Origin: an uncultured bacterium
GTDB lineage: Bacteria; Patescibacteriota; Saccharimonadia; UBA4664
DNA: 64,000 nt
Assembly: GCA_963740635.1 (NCBI GenBank)
Contig: CAVUEQ010000001.1
Coordinates: 740,840-804,839, forward strand
Reading direction: 5' to 3'
Positions 20,514-29,845 of this stretch are shown here, in pieces. The stretch's first letter is position 1. The number at the start of each line of letters is the position of its first letter. The notes below the pieces were generated by a model that saw only the letters and a program-made list of their open reading frames with translations, was not told where the DNA came from and searched no databases. Made by a program: the position numbers and the translations under genes.

Positions 20514-21503
20514 GTGCTTGGCGATGTTGGCCTGGTGCTCGGCGTAGGTTTTGGCGAAGTAGGTTTTGCCGTCCTTGCCGGTGAGGAAATAGAGGTAGTC
20601 GGTGGTGGCGGGGTGAGCGGCGGCGTCGAGTGAGCCGAGGCCGGGGCTGCAAATGGGCCCGGGCGGCAGGCCGGGGTAGCGGCGGGTATTGTAGTGCGAG
20701 TCGATGTTGACGTTAAAGGGCACTCCCAGAAGCTGGGAGGCATACACGGCCGTGACGTCGGAGCCGAGCGGCTGCCCCAGCTTGTAGCGCTTGAGGAATA
20801 TCTGGGCCACGATCGGGCGGTCGGTGGGAATACTGACCTCGCGCTCGACGATAGAGGCCAGCGTGAGGCCCTGATGCAGAGTGAGGCCCTCGGCGGCAAA
20901 GGCCTGCACGTACTCCGGGCCCACGCGCTTGCCGAAGTTGTCGAGCATGGCGTTGACGAGCGTACCGGCAGTGGTAGTGGACGTAACGTCGTAGGAGTCC
21001 GGGAACAGGTAGCCCTCCAGGTCGACGCCGGCCGGTTTGCCGGCCAAAAAGCTCTGGGAGTGCGGCGCGGCCAGGGCGGCTTTGAAGTCCGACTGTGAAA
21101 TGCCGAGTTCGGCGGCGGCGGTTTCGATCTGGCTGAGCCGGTAGCCCTCGGGTATGGCCAGCCGCTTACTGACGGTGCGGCCGCCGGCCAGCCGCTCGGC
21201 GATGGCGTTGGCGCTTTGCGTGGGCGCAATGAGGTACACGCCCGCCTTCAGCCGCGGACGCAGGCCGTGGAAGTTCACATAGGTAATGAAGGCGTCGTGG
21301 CTGCGGATGAGGCCGGCGCCGACCAGCCGGGTGGCGATGGCCGGGGCGTTTTCGCCGGCGTACACGGTGAATTGGCGCTCGGCGCCGGAGCTCGCCACCG
21401 GGCGCAGGCCCAGCCGGTAGCCGGCATAGAGTCCGGCGAAAGCTAGCACGATCGCTATGGCAAGGGCCGAGAAGAGGCGGCGCCGGGTGAGTCTACGCGT
21501 CAT
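20508..21503 (-). CDS. mltG: Endolytic murein transglycosylase MltG (YceG-like).
   Basis: N-terminal TM plus YceG domain (FTVYAGENAPAIATRLVGAGLI...). Overlaps ruvX by 4 nt. Confidence 0.85.
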   Translation of the reverse strand: MTRRLTRRRLFSALAIAIVLAFAGLYAGYRLGLRPVASSGAERQFTVYAGENAPAIATRLVGAGLIRSHDAFITYVNFHGLRPRLKAGVYLIAPTQSANAIAERLAGGRTVSKRLAIPEGYRLSQIETAAAELGISQSDFKAALAAPHSQSFLAGKPAGVDLEGYLFPDSYDVTSTTTAGTLVNAMLDNFGKRVGPEYVQAFAAEGLTLHQGLTLASIVEREVSIPTDRPIVAQIFLKRYKLGQPLGSDVTAVYASQLLGVPFNVNIDSHYNTRRYPGLPPGPICSPGLGSLDAAAHPATTDYLYFLTGKDGKTYFAKTYAEHQANIAKHL

Positions 21504-21888
21504 AGGCTGTCGAGATAATCCTGCAATATGAGCGCCGCCGCTTCGGCGTCGATGGCGCCGGGCTGGTACTTGCGGCCCGATTCCTTGAGCCGCTCTTCGG
21601 CCACGGCGCTGGTTCCGGCCTCATCCTGGAACACGGCCTCGATGTGGAGGCGGCGCCAGAGCAGGTCGTCGGCGAAGTGGCGCACGGCCAGGGTTTGGGG
21701 CGTGTCGTGGCCGTCGAGGTTGCGCGGCAGGCCCACCACCACGGCTTCGAACGGCCCCTCGCGCTCAATGAAGGCGGCCAAGTCGTGCGGCGCCACGGTG
21801 GAGTGCGGCGAGGCCAGCTTGGCATCCTTGTCGGCCACAGCCAGGCCGACCCGTTTGGCGCCATAATCTATTGCTAGATATTTAGCCA
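21500..21888 (-). CDS. ruvX: Putative pre-16S rRNA nuclease / Holliday junction resolvase-like RuvX (YqgF). Probable TTG start preceded by a GGAGG SD.
   Basis: KYLAIDYGAKRVGLAVAD ... VVVGLPRNLDGHDTPQ is an RNase H-like YqgF signature. The track ORF N-terminal extension overlaps the upstream gene and was trimmed. Confidence 0.8.
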
Positions 21889-21917
21889 ACTTTACCCTTC
21901 CTCCCCCTCTCCGAAGG

Positions 21918-23621
21918 TTACTTGCTTTGTGCGACTGTAATCGTAATCGATATTTTATCAGACCGGCTGGGCATGCTCGACTGCCAGGGGGGCGAAATGC
22001 TGATATCGGCGCGGGTAACGCCGGGCAGGCCGGAGGCGGTATTGGACGCATCGCCGAAGCGCTGGCCCTTGAGCCGGTCGGCGATGGCGGCCTTGTCGAG
22101 TTTGGCGCCGCCGTAGGCCTCGGTGGTGAGGTGGAAGGTTTGGCGGCCGGCCGAATCTTTGTTGGCGGCCGTTACCTGCGCGTTGCCCAGGCCGTCGTCG
22201 TAGATCTGGTTGTTGCTCCCCACTTGTTTTTGTTCCACGACATGCAGCAGGTCGGAATAATCGGACTTCTTGACGGCCAGCACCGTGTAGGTGACCTTGA
22301 ACGACAGGTGACCGGTGTCTCCCTCGGAGCCGACGGCGGGAGAAGAGCTAACGTTGTCGGTGGTAACGGTCTGGGAAGCCGGAATGGCGACGTAGCCGCT
22401 CGGTACCCGGGCGGCGAGGTCACGGGCCGAGGCGTCTTTGTCCTTGTCGAGCAGAGCGGCTTTTTCGGTGTCGACGTCGGACTGGGCCACAATCGTCACC
22501 GTCTTGGTGGTACCGCCTGACATTTGCGCGCCCTGGCCATAAATTTTGGCCTGCATCGAGCCGCTATAGCCGGGGATGGAATATTTGGCCGGCGCTTCAT
22601 TGTAGGTGTCGCCGGATTGGTCGGCCTCGACCGGGATGGGGTCGGATTTGCCTGGGTTGAGAACGATTTGACCTCCCTGCAGGCCAACGGTGGCCCCGGG
22701 GACAGAGCTGTCGGCGGTGGTGCGGAAGATTTTGCCGTCGGGAGCTTGGAAGCGGGTGCCCGCCACAAAGGCGTGCGAGCTGGTGTCGTATTCGTTGTAA
22801 GCCGTGATGTTGCCGGAGGCCTTGGTGCCGGCGTCTTTTTTACCGGTGGGCGTGAACGGGCCGTTGAGGTCTTTGCTGACCGTGACGGTCTGGCCGGCCA
22901 GCACGGCGGCGCCCTGGTCGGTGGCGCCGGCGGGGTCGATGGCGTAGGTGGTGTCCACGCTGACCTTGCTGCCGGTGGCGTACAGGGTGACCTTGGCCGA
23001 GGTAAACAGGTACATGGCGAGCATGTAACCGCCCACCAACACCACGCCGGCGCCCACCCACATCACCCGGCGCTGCAGCCGGCCGAAATTCGGGACTTTG
23101 GGCGGTTTTTTGGCCTTGGCGGGGGCAGCATCGGTGGGGGCGGCAGCGGCATCTTCGGACGGTGATTCGAGCGGATTGGTGGCGGAGGGCGGCGGCGGGC
23201 CGTCGCTGATGGGCAGGCGGCGCAGCAGCGGCTTCTTGGGGATCTTGGCCGCCGGGGGGACGGGCTGCTCAGGGGCCGGCGGCGGCTCGGGGTCGCCGGC
23301 CTCTATCACCTCCTCGCCGGTCTTGAGGTCCTCGGGCATTTTGGCTTCGGTCATCACGGCCTTGGCCCCGACCGACGGCGCCACCGCCAGGCCCACCCGG
23401 GCCGCTAGCTCGGTAGCGATGCGGTCGCCCGTGACCAACACGATTTCTTTGCCGCCTTGGTCCGCCGCCTTTTTGAGCAGTTTGAGATTAATTATGCTCT
23501 GCAGCATCGTCGAGCGCTTGGGTACGACGATTTGGACCGGCCCCTCACCAGACTTGCTCAGCTTATCAATGGCCGACGTGATGTCTTCATCGACCTCCAA
23601 ATAGAGGGCGTTGTCCTTCAT
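21918..23621 (-). CDS. Hypothetical bitopic membrane protein: cytoplasmic N-domain (about 95 aa), Pro-rich linker, one TM, large extracytoplasmic domain.
   Basis: 567 aa. TM VMWVGAGVVLVGGYMLAMYLF. No recognisable catalytic motif. Confidence 0.5.
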   Translation of the reverse strand: MKDNALYLEVDEDITSAIDKLSKSGEGPVQIVVPKRSTMLQSIINLKLLKKAADQGGKEIVLVTGDRIATELAARVGLAVAPSVGAKAVMTEAKMPEDLKTGEEVIEAGDPEPPPAPEQPVPPAAKIPKKPLLRRLPISDGPPPPSATNPLESPSEDAAAAPTDAAPAKAKKPPKVPNFGRLQRRVMWVGAGVVLVGGYMLAMYLFTSAKVTLYATGSKVSVDTTYAIDPAGATDQGAAVLAGQTVTVSKDLNGPFTPTGKKDAGTKASGNITAYNEYDTSSHAFVAGTRFQAPDGKIFRTTADSSVPGATVGLQGGQIVLNPGKSDPIPVEADQSGDTYNEAPAKYSIPGYSGSMQAKIYGQGAQMSGGTTKTVTIVAQSDVDTEKAALLDKDKDASARDLAARVPSGYVAIPASQTVTTDNVSSSPAVGSEGDTGHLSFKVTYTVLAVKKSDYSDLLHVVEQKQVGSNNQIYDDGLGNAQVTAANKDSAGRQTFHLTTEAYGGAKLDKAAIADRLKGQRFGDASNTASGLPGVTRADISISPPWQSSMPSRSDKISITITVAQSK

Positions 23622-23679
23622 GCCTATTAGACTACCATAATTGTTAAGGTTGCGTTATAGTAGGCTCAACTAATAATAG

Positions 23680-23964
23680 GTGAGCACTAACAACATGGCG
23701 AAGAGGGAAGCAAAACTTAATCCATTAGTGGTAGACCGCGTACTGCTGGTGGGCGTTCTTTTGGCAGCCACGGGCTATATTATCCGGGGCAGTTGGCCGT
23801 CCGAGTTCTTCTACGCCAGTGCATTGATTCTCGGCGTTGTTTGGTCATTTAGGGCGATTACGACCAGCAAGTCGCGCGAGTTCCGCCTGCTCGCCACGCT
23901 GCTGCTTGTGCTGCTGGGTGCCTTGCTGGCTTTTGCCCTTGGCTCAGCCAAAACCGTCGTCTAG
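23680..23964 (+). CDS. Small membrane protein (3 TM).
   Basis: 94-aa ORF with hydrophobic segments. Confidence 0.45.
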   Translation: MSTNNMAKREAKLNPLVVDRVLLVGVLLAATGYIIRGSWPSEFFYASALILGVVWSFRAITTSKSREFRLLATLLLVLLGALLAFALGSAKTVV

Positions 23965-24705
23965 CCAGCGCTATATTTTTTGTATTGATATTTGCGACCG
24001 GGTGCGTTATGTTAAACGCCCCTGATGGGTTTTTCGGCCTCGCCGATAACTCATCTGGATAGACTTCCCCGCCGGCGCCTACATGCGGCGAACCATAAGC
24101 GGGGAGGCGGCCTCGGGCTGGACGTGCAAGGGGTTGTGCATGTACAGCCCGAGGTTCAGGCTCCAAAAGCCCGGGCCAGGAAACGACGTTTATGGATGGG
24201 TGGCGTCGTCTGGCCTGCCCTGGATCGGCTCGCCTCGGCCGATATTCCGGGGACACCCGGTGAGATAGAGTGGACGCAGCGGGGAAACCTGTAGCGGGTC
24301 TCACCGGGTGGGAAAAACGTTCCGGTGGAGTCATTCCCTTCGCTTCACCGGAACAAGGAGACACGGATGGCCTGGCCGCCTGGAGGCCGGCAACCGTCTC
24401 TCCAGTGAGAAGCCCAGTGGGGGCAGCGCCGGCTGACGGGCCACCCGCTGCCCCCCTGGGTCTCGCACCTTCCAACTTGGGACATTGTCCCTCTCAGATG
24501 TGCTCCGGTACGAGCTTCCCCCGTGGCTCAAGCTGGAGTAACACCGGCCCGGCGGGCGATTTTTACCCGCCGGGCCGGCAAATCATCTTGTTAGTCTGCG
24601 GCTTGCCCGCGGACCGGCCGGAAACCCCCGGCTGCCTAGTCGCTCAATGAGCGGTTTGCAGTCGGGGCGAACGCAATTATTTGATCCTAAGCTTGGCCAT
24701 AACCT
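23965..24705. ncRNA. About 740-nt GC-rich non-coding gap downstream of ftsA with several strong hairpins. Candidate structured RNA of unknown class.
   Basis: No ORF longer than 70 aa in a coding-like frame. Hairpins CCGGCGGG-cgatttttac-CCCGCCGG (24548-24575) and CCGGTGGAG-N12-CTTCACCGG (24321-24350). Confidence 0.2.
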
Positions 24706-25998
24706 TTAAGACGAAATAGCCCGGGCGAGCTTGCGGGCGAGGGTGTCGGTGGTGGACTGCCCGCCGGCCTGGTCGAGCCCGAGGTTGGCCAGGCCCATGG
24801 GGGTGATGTCGGCGTAGCTGGTAAGCTTGCCGGTTTTGTCGACCACGCGGTTGACCTCGCTGGGGCTGATGTGGTTGACCACCGGCTTGCGCGCGAAGGC
24901 CAGACTCTTGTACCACTCCTTGCCCTTGAGCGCGTCCATGATTTGGGGCAGCCCGGTGCCGCCGCCGCAGAGCAGAATTTTGGCCGGGAGGTGGTCGACG
25001 CGGTCGAACTCGGCCAGGGATAGTTCCACGCCGGACAGCCACACCTGGATGTCGGCGTTCACGGCCTCCTCGACCAGCTTGGTGGCTTTGACGCCCAGCT
25101 TGCCGGTGCCGTAAGCAATTTTCATTTCCTCGGCTTTTTCGAAACTGGTATTGGCCACCTGGGCGATGCGCTTGGTGAAGGCGCGGCCACCGATGGCGAA
25201 CATTTTGGTGCCTTCGACGCCGCCGTTGTTGACCAGCGCGATGTCGGTGGTGCCGCCGCCAATGTCGATGAAGATAGCTGAGAATTCGCCGGAGTCCTGG
25301 CCGCCCACGGATTTGGCGACCGCGAACGGCTCGGCGGCGATGTTGATGAGGTTGAGGTCGAGGTCGGAGGCCACGGTTTGCAGGGCGCCGAGGTGAACCA
25401 TGGGGGCAAAGGCGTTGAAGAGTTGGATTGACACGTCTTTGCCCTGGAAGCCGATGGGGTTGGTGACGCGGTAGCCGTCGATCTGGACGTCGACGATGGC
25501 GGTGTTCACGAGCTTCACCTCGAGCTCCTTGAAGCCGGTTTCCCAGGTGAGCTGCTCGCGGGCGCGCTCGAAAGCGCGGTATTGGACGCGGTCGAGGATT
25601 TTGCGCAATTCGGTCATGTCGATGGGGTCCGACGGTGTGGCGCGCTTGTAGCGCACGATGGTACTGGCGCCCTTCACCAGTTCGCCGGCAATGCCGATGA
25701 CCACGTCTTTGGCCACTACGCCGGCCCCGCGCTCGGCCATTTTGAGGGCGGCGTCGCAGTTTTCGACCACGCCGGTGATGTCGGTGACGGCGCCGGAGCT
25801 CATGTCGGTGAGGCGCTGGCGCTGGCGTCCCACGCCCACAATTTCCACCTGCGAAGGCACCCCCGAGGCCGGGTCAATTTTGACCTCGCCAATGAGGGCT
25901 TTCACAAACTCAGTCCCGATATCGAGGGCCACAAGATAGCGCGGGCCGGGAGGGCGGCTGCGGAGTTTAACGAATTTTTCGAGCAATTTGGCCGGCAT
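24706..25998 (-). CDS. ftsA: Cell division protein FtsA.
   Basis: Actin-like ATPase motifs (LVALDIGTEFVKAL, GIAGE, IFIDIGGGTTDIALV, ILLCGGGTGLPQI). Confidence 0.85.
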   Translation of the reverse strand: MPAKLLEKFVKLRSRPPGPRYLVALDIGTEFVKALIGEVKIDPASGVPSQVEIVGVGRQRQRLTDMSSGAVTDITGVVENCDAALKMAERGAGVVAKDVVIGIAGELVKGASTIVRYKRATPSDPIDMTELRKILDRVQYRAFERAREQLTWETGFKELEVKLVNTAIVDVQIDGYRVTNPIGFQGKDVSIQLFNAFAPMVHLGALQTVASDLDLNLINIAAEPFAVAKSVGGQDSGEFSAIFIDIGGGTTDIALVNNGGVEGTKMFAIGGRAFTKRIAQVANTSFEKAEEMKIAYGTGKLGVKATKLVEEAVNADIQVWLSGVELSLAEFDRVDHLPAKILLCGGGTGLPQIMDALKGKEWYKSLAFARKPVVNHISPSEVNRVVDKTGKLTSYADITPMGLANLGLDQAGGQSTTDTLARKLARAISS

Positions 25999-26114
25999 GC
26001 ACGCGAACCCTTACCCCGCAATTGTACTGCTTATGGTGACATGAGCCAAACAAGGGATTTCCTAATAGGTAACGAGCGGGCACGATCTTTTTCGAGAATA
26101 TGCCACTCATAAGG

Positions 26115-26207
26115 GGTGTTTCATTTTGGGACATTGATTAAGCGCAAGCGGCTTCCCTATCTGTAAAATTTCCCACTAACAACTCTATGTCCCAATTTGA
26201 GACATGT
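26115..26207. repeat. Palindromic about 93-bp intergenic element upstream of ftsA (family TGTGCCAAATTGGGA / ATGTCCCAATTTG), copy A.
   Basis: ggtgtttcattttgggacat...ctatgtcccaatttgagacatgt. The reverse complement aligns with 42186-42260. Confidence 0.55.
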
Positions 26208-26259
26208 GCCGCACTGCGGGGTCCGAAAATGTTCTGCGAGGGCAGCGGCTTGGACGACC

Positions 26260-26556
26260 CTAGTGCAGCGGCGTGGCCGTGGGCTTGGGCGTCGCGGTCG
26301 CCTTGGGCGAGATGGTGGCGCCGGGCGTGGGTGTGGGCGAGGGTGCGGGTGTGGCCACCGGCGTGGGGGTCGGGGCGGGCGTGGCCTTGGCCTCCTCGAG
26401 CTGCCGTTTGAGGCTGTCGTTGTTGCCCATGAGCTCGGTGTTGGCCTGGTCGAGGTCGTTGGCGTGGCGCACGAGGAAGTAGCCGCCGATGCCGCCGCCG
26501 ATTACCAATATGGCAATCACGGCCCACAGGAAGTAAAGTAATTTTCTTGAATACAT
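26260..26556 (-). CDS. FtsB/DivIC-like septum formation initiator (TM plus coiled coil) with a Pro/Thr/Ala-rich tail.
   Basis: N-terminal TM LLYFLWAVIAILVIGGGIGGYFLV. Coiled coil DLDQANTELMGNNDSLKRQLEEAKA. Confidence 0.55.
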   Translation of the reverse strand: MYSRKLLYFLWAVIAILVIGGGIGGYFLVRHANDLDQANTELMGNNDSLKRQLEEAKATPAPTPTPVATPAPSPTPTPGATISPKATATPKPTATPLH

Positions 26557-26577
26557 GGCAGTAACCTTTCCGGAGAG

Positions 26578-27171
26578 TTAGTTTGAAAGTGTGGGCAAGG
26601 CCGCATTCTTGACGGCGGCCCGGGCAGCGGCCAATTCGTTGCGGCCGGCCTGGCCGTCAGCACAGGAGAAGTATGACGGCCTGTATGAATAAGTATAGCC
26701 CCCGACAATCTTCTTGAACGGTTGGTTGGCGGGCGTTTTGGTGGGGAACGGGGTGACGCTGGCGCTTGTGGACGGGCTCCGGCTGGGGCTGGGCGACGGT
26801 GTGGGCGTGGGCGCCGCCTTTGATCTTACCAGAGTGCCTAGGGCGCCGGCTTTGCAGGCCGGATATTTGGCCAGGAGTTTTTCGGTGGTGAAACCGGCCC
26901 AGGTATCGGTGCCGTCCTTCACCTCACCGTAAACAAGGTCGGTGATGGGGTCGGTGACCTCGAGTGAGACGCCGTACAGTAATATTTTGACGGTGGACTT
27001 GCCGGCTACTACCGGCGTGATAGGGGTGGGCGTGGGTTCGGTTGACGCCGTCGGTAAGGGGGTCGAAACGGGCACGTGGTCGGCTTGCATGCGGGGCTGG
27101 GTGAGGGTTACCCAGACGCAGCCCGCCAGGCCGAGCAAAACGCCAAGGAAAATTGGTCTCCCAAACCGCAA
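26578..27171 (-). CDS. Putative lipoprotein.
   Basis: Signal peptide with lipobox LLGLAGC. Pro/Thr-rich segments. Confidence 0.55.
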   Translation of the reverse strand: MRFGRPIFLGVLLGLAGCVWVTLTQPRMQADHVPVSTPLPTASTEPTPTPITPVVAGKSTVKILLYGVSLEVTDPITDLVYGEVKDGTDTWAGFTTEKLLAKYPACKAGALGTLVRSKAAPTPTPSPSPSRSPSTSASVTPFPTKTPANQPFKKIVGGYTYSYRPSYFSCADGQAGRNELAAARAAVKNAALPTLSN

Positions 27172-27180
27172 ATAAGCCTC

Positions 27181-27669
27181 CTAATTCAGATACGAGGCCA
27201 AAATATAGCCCGTAATTCCATTTACTGTAATCTGTTGGTATTGCCCGCTCCCCGCTCCCAGGGTCACAGTCGTGCCGACCGGCAGTTGCGTATATGACAG
27301 CAGGACCTTGGAGCTAGTGCTGGGTCCAGAATGGATGTTGCCGGACTTTTTGACAGTGGTGGTTTTGGGGGCGCTGGCGTCAAGCACGGCGGGCGTGGGG
27401 GTGGGCGCCGGCGACGCGGCCGGCGTTGCGTCCGGCGTGGCCAGCGGCGAGGGCGTGGGGCTGGCGGGAGCCGAGGCGGTCTGCTGGTCCTGGTTGACCT
27501 GGTAGCGCAGGTCGGTGATTTCGCCCTGGAGCAGTTTGTGGTCTTGCACAGCCGCCTGGTGCTGGGCGATGTTGAGGTAGGCAGAGGCAGCCAGGCCCAA
27601 GCCTAATACAACCGCTATCACGACAGGCAGCGTTATGCCCCCTTGTTGGTTCACAAAAAAGCGCCTCAC
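27181..27669 (-). CDS. FtsB/FtsL-like TM plus coiled-coil protein with a C-terminal bacterial SH3 (SH3b) domain.
   Basis: TM ITLPVVIAVVLGLGLAASAYL. Coiled coil HKLLQGEITDLRYQVNQ. SH3b-like GNIHSGPSTSSKVLLSYTQLPVGTTVTLGAGSGQYQQITVNGITGYILASYL. Confidence 0.55.
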   Translation of the reverse strand: MRRFFVNQQGGITLPVVIAVVLGLGLAASAYLNIAQHQAAVQDHKLLQGEITDLRYQVNQDQQTASAPASPTPSPLATPDATPAASPAPTPTPAVLDASAPKTTTVKKSGNIHSGPSTSSKVLLSYTQLPVGTTVTLGAGSGQYQQITVNGITGYILASYLN

Positions 27670-28314
27670 AATGCTTACGTATCTTATTGTAACAAACTAA
27701 TTCTGCAATTTCTCATATTGCTTTAGATACCCCTTTATGTTTTAATGCTCACGTTCGCACCTTCCCTGGTGGTGTGAGCAATGTAGTGTGATGCCAGTCT
27801 CTTTCGAGACCTGGTGACGTTGGAGCCTGGTGGCACAACGCGGGTAACCCCGCGCCAAAACCACCATTATTAATTTTTCGCCGCGTGCCACAGGCGCCGG
27901 CTTCAAACCCGGCCCCTCCCCTGTCTCGCGCAAAAATTAATCCCCTCCACACCCCCCAGATCACCGCGAACGGTGCATCCGGCTTCCGGCCAAACTAAAC
28001 GGCGGCAGCCAGAATGCATCTTCAAGGCGATAAGCATCAACAATACAACTTGTTAAACGCACCTTCGATCATGCCATTCTGGTGATCCTTCGGGATCATG
28101 CCGCGCGTGCAGCGCAGCCCACAGCCGGCCGATCGGTCGCAACAAGCACACACCATCCCAGACTTTGTCGCCTTGTGCGACGAACGACGAAGGTACGAAC
28201 GCTAGGCCGTTCCGGGCAACCGGAGCGGCCTCGTACCCTTTTAGGGGCATGTTATTATCTGTGCGAGCTCCCTGCTCATTGATTTTGTGATCCCGGCGCC
28301 TGAGGAGGCAAACC

Positions 28315-29112
28315 ATGGATGCGGCTTACCACGGACCGGCCGACCGCGTGTTGCGGTGGGCCGGCGTACTGAAATTGTTTGACCGCCTGGGTAGGCACTC
28401 CGACGGCACGTACAAGCGGCGGGCGGAGAAAATCCCCAACTTCTTGTGCTGGCTGCGGATCTACGGCGGCCCGCCGTCCGCCATCGCGACCGCCACGCTG
28501 GAGCTGTTGCACATCTACTTCTGGGCACAGTTCGCCCTGGCGGTTTTGACCGGGCTGATAGCTCTGGACCTGTTCGACGGTCCGATAGCCCGGCGGGCGG
28601 GTCTGCCCAAGCGGGCGGAGCCCGTGGGCAAGTATCACGGCGCCACGCTGGATGCGGCCTCGGACAAGGCCGTGATCGTGCCGGCGCTGATAGCGGCCCT
28701 GGTGATCACCCATCACGAACTGCCCGGCCCGGCCCAGGGCGTATTCGCACCGATCGCGGGAATCTTGATTGGCTTCGATGCCGTCTTGATGTTGATAACC
28801 GTGATGGAAGCCAATGCCGCCGCCAAAACCTGGGACAAGGGCGCGACGGCGAAGCCGCGGTCGGGGTGGTTTGGCAAAACCAAAACCTTCCTCGAAGGCG
28901 TAGGCGCGACGCTGGTGTCGGGCAGCCTGGTGTGGGAATGGCCGGTGGCAGGTGAAGCCGGCATATGGCTGGGCACGGTGGTGTTGGCCGCGAGCGTGCC
29001 GTTCGCGATCATGAGCGTCGTCCGGCACCTGGACAACTTCGCCAAGATCAACCAGTCGATTGGCGCCGGCGTACCGCGGTGGATGGCCAAAGCCGGGCCG
29101 CCGCGCCGCTAG
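28315..29112 (+). CDS. CDP-alcohol phosphatidyltransferase family protein (PgsA-like).
   Basis: D-G-x2-A-R...G...D-x3-D motif (DLFDGPIARRAGLPKRAEPVGKYHGATLDAASD). GGAGG SD. Multiple TMs. Confidence 0.7.
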   Translation: MDAAYHGPADRVLRWAGVLKLFDRLGRHSDGTYKRRAEKIPNFLCWLRIYGGPPSAIATATLELLHIYFWAQFALAVLTGLIALDLFDGPIARRAGLPKRAEPVGKYHGATLDAASDKAVIVPALIAALVITHHELPGPAQGVFAPIAGILIGFDAVLMLITVMEANAAAKTWDKGATAKPRSGWFGKTKTFLEGVGATLVSGSLVWEWPVAGEAGIWLGTVVLAASVPFAIMSVVRHLDNFAKINQSIGAGVPRWMAKAGPPRR

Positions 29113-29183
29113 CAGCGGTTTCGCAGGGACTCCCAGGGTTGACCGGCTTCCAATCGCGGAAGCCGGTCAACCCCTGACCGCTC

Positions 29184-29768
29184 TTGCTTTTCGTACGATT
29201 TGTGCCATTATATAGAATGTCCGCAATACCCGGTTACTACCTGGCAAGGCACCGTGAAAGGGTGATGTTCATGAAGAACAGGCTGTTTTTGTACGGAACG
29301 CCGGCGTTAGTGGCGGCAGGCTGGTACTTGCTCCTGCTGTTTGGGCCGCTGAAGACCACTTTCGACTGGGGCGGGTGGCCGCAAGTGTTGCTGGTTCTGG
29401 CCGGCGTGCCGCTCGCCGTCGGGGCCTGGATCATCGTCCTGGCTGTCCCGCGCTGGAAGGCGTGGGGGCCGGAGCGCGGATCGGCGAATACCGATGCCAG
29501 CGGCCTGCCGGGGTTCCCCGAAGATGATTCCGCCTCAACCGCTGCCCCACCGCCGCTGCCCGTGGCAGCTCTGGCCGGCACACCGGCCCGGACCCCTAAC
29601 GGCCACCGGCGCCCGGGGCAACTATTCGTGACGGTCCTGCCTCCCAGGTCTGCCCGCGAGGAGTATGCTAAGGCGTACTCTTCTTCACGCCTGGTAGCAA
29701 ACTACGTCAGCACTCATGGGCGGATACCCATTGCTGATGAGACGGGGCGCCATCGGCGCCTCGAGTAG
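29184..29768 (+). CDS. Hypothetical membrane protein (2 TM). Start more likely the internal Met at about 29265.
   Basis: TMs ALVAAGWYLLLLFGPL and VLLVLAGVPLAVGAWIIVLAV. Confidence 0.4.
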   Translation: MLFVRFVPLYRMSAIPGYYLARHRERVMFMKNRLFLYGTPALVAAGWYLLLLFGPLKTTFDWGGWPQVLLVLAGVPLAVGAWIIVLAVPRWKAWGPERGSANTDASGLPGFPEDDSASTAAPPPLPVAALAGTPARTPNGHRRPGQLFVTVLPPRSAREEYAKAYSSSRLVANYVSTHGRIPIADETGRHRRLE

Positions 29769-29845
29769 GAAGGTACGCGGACGCAAGGCCGGTTCCGAAC
29801 TCGGAACCGGCCTGAGTCTTGCCAAAATGCTTATGCTTAATTGTA

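Noticed and set aside
23858-24475. 205-aa minus-strand ORF across the non-coding gap and the small membrane protein gene.
   Set aside because: Arg/Pro/Ala-rich, overlaps the plus-strand gene antisense, and has no domain. Considered an artefact of high GC.
23965-24705. Tried to assign the gap RNA as RNase P RNA, tmRNA or SRP RNA.
   Set aside because: Only partial P4-like strings found. The universally conserved RNase P J11/12 (GGUAAGAGCGCACC), tmRNA 3' CCA-acceptor/T-arm and SRP domain IV (GGAAGCAGC) motifs are absent on either strand. Left as unclassified.
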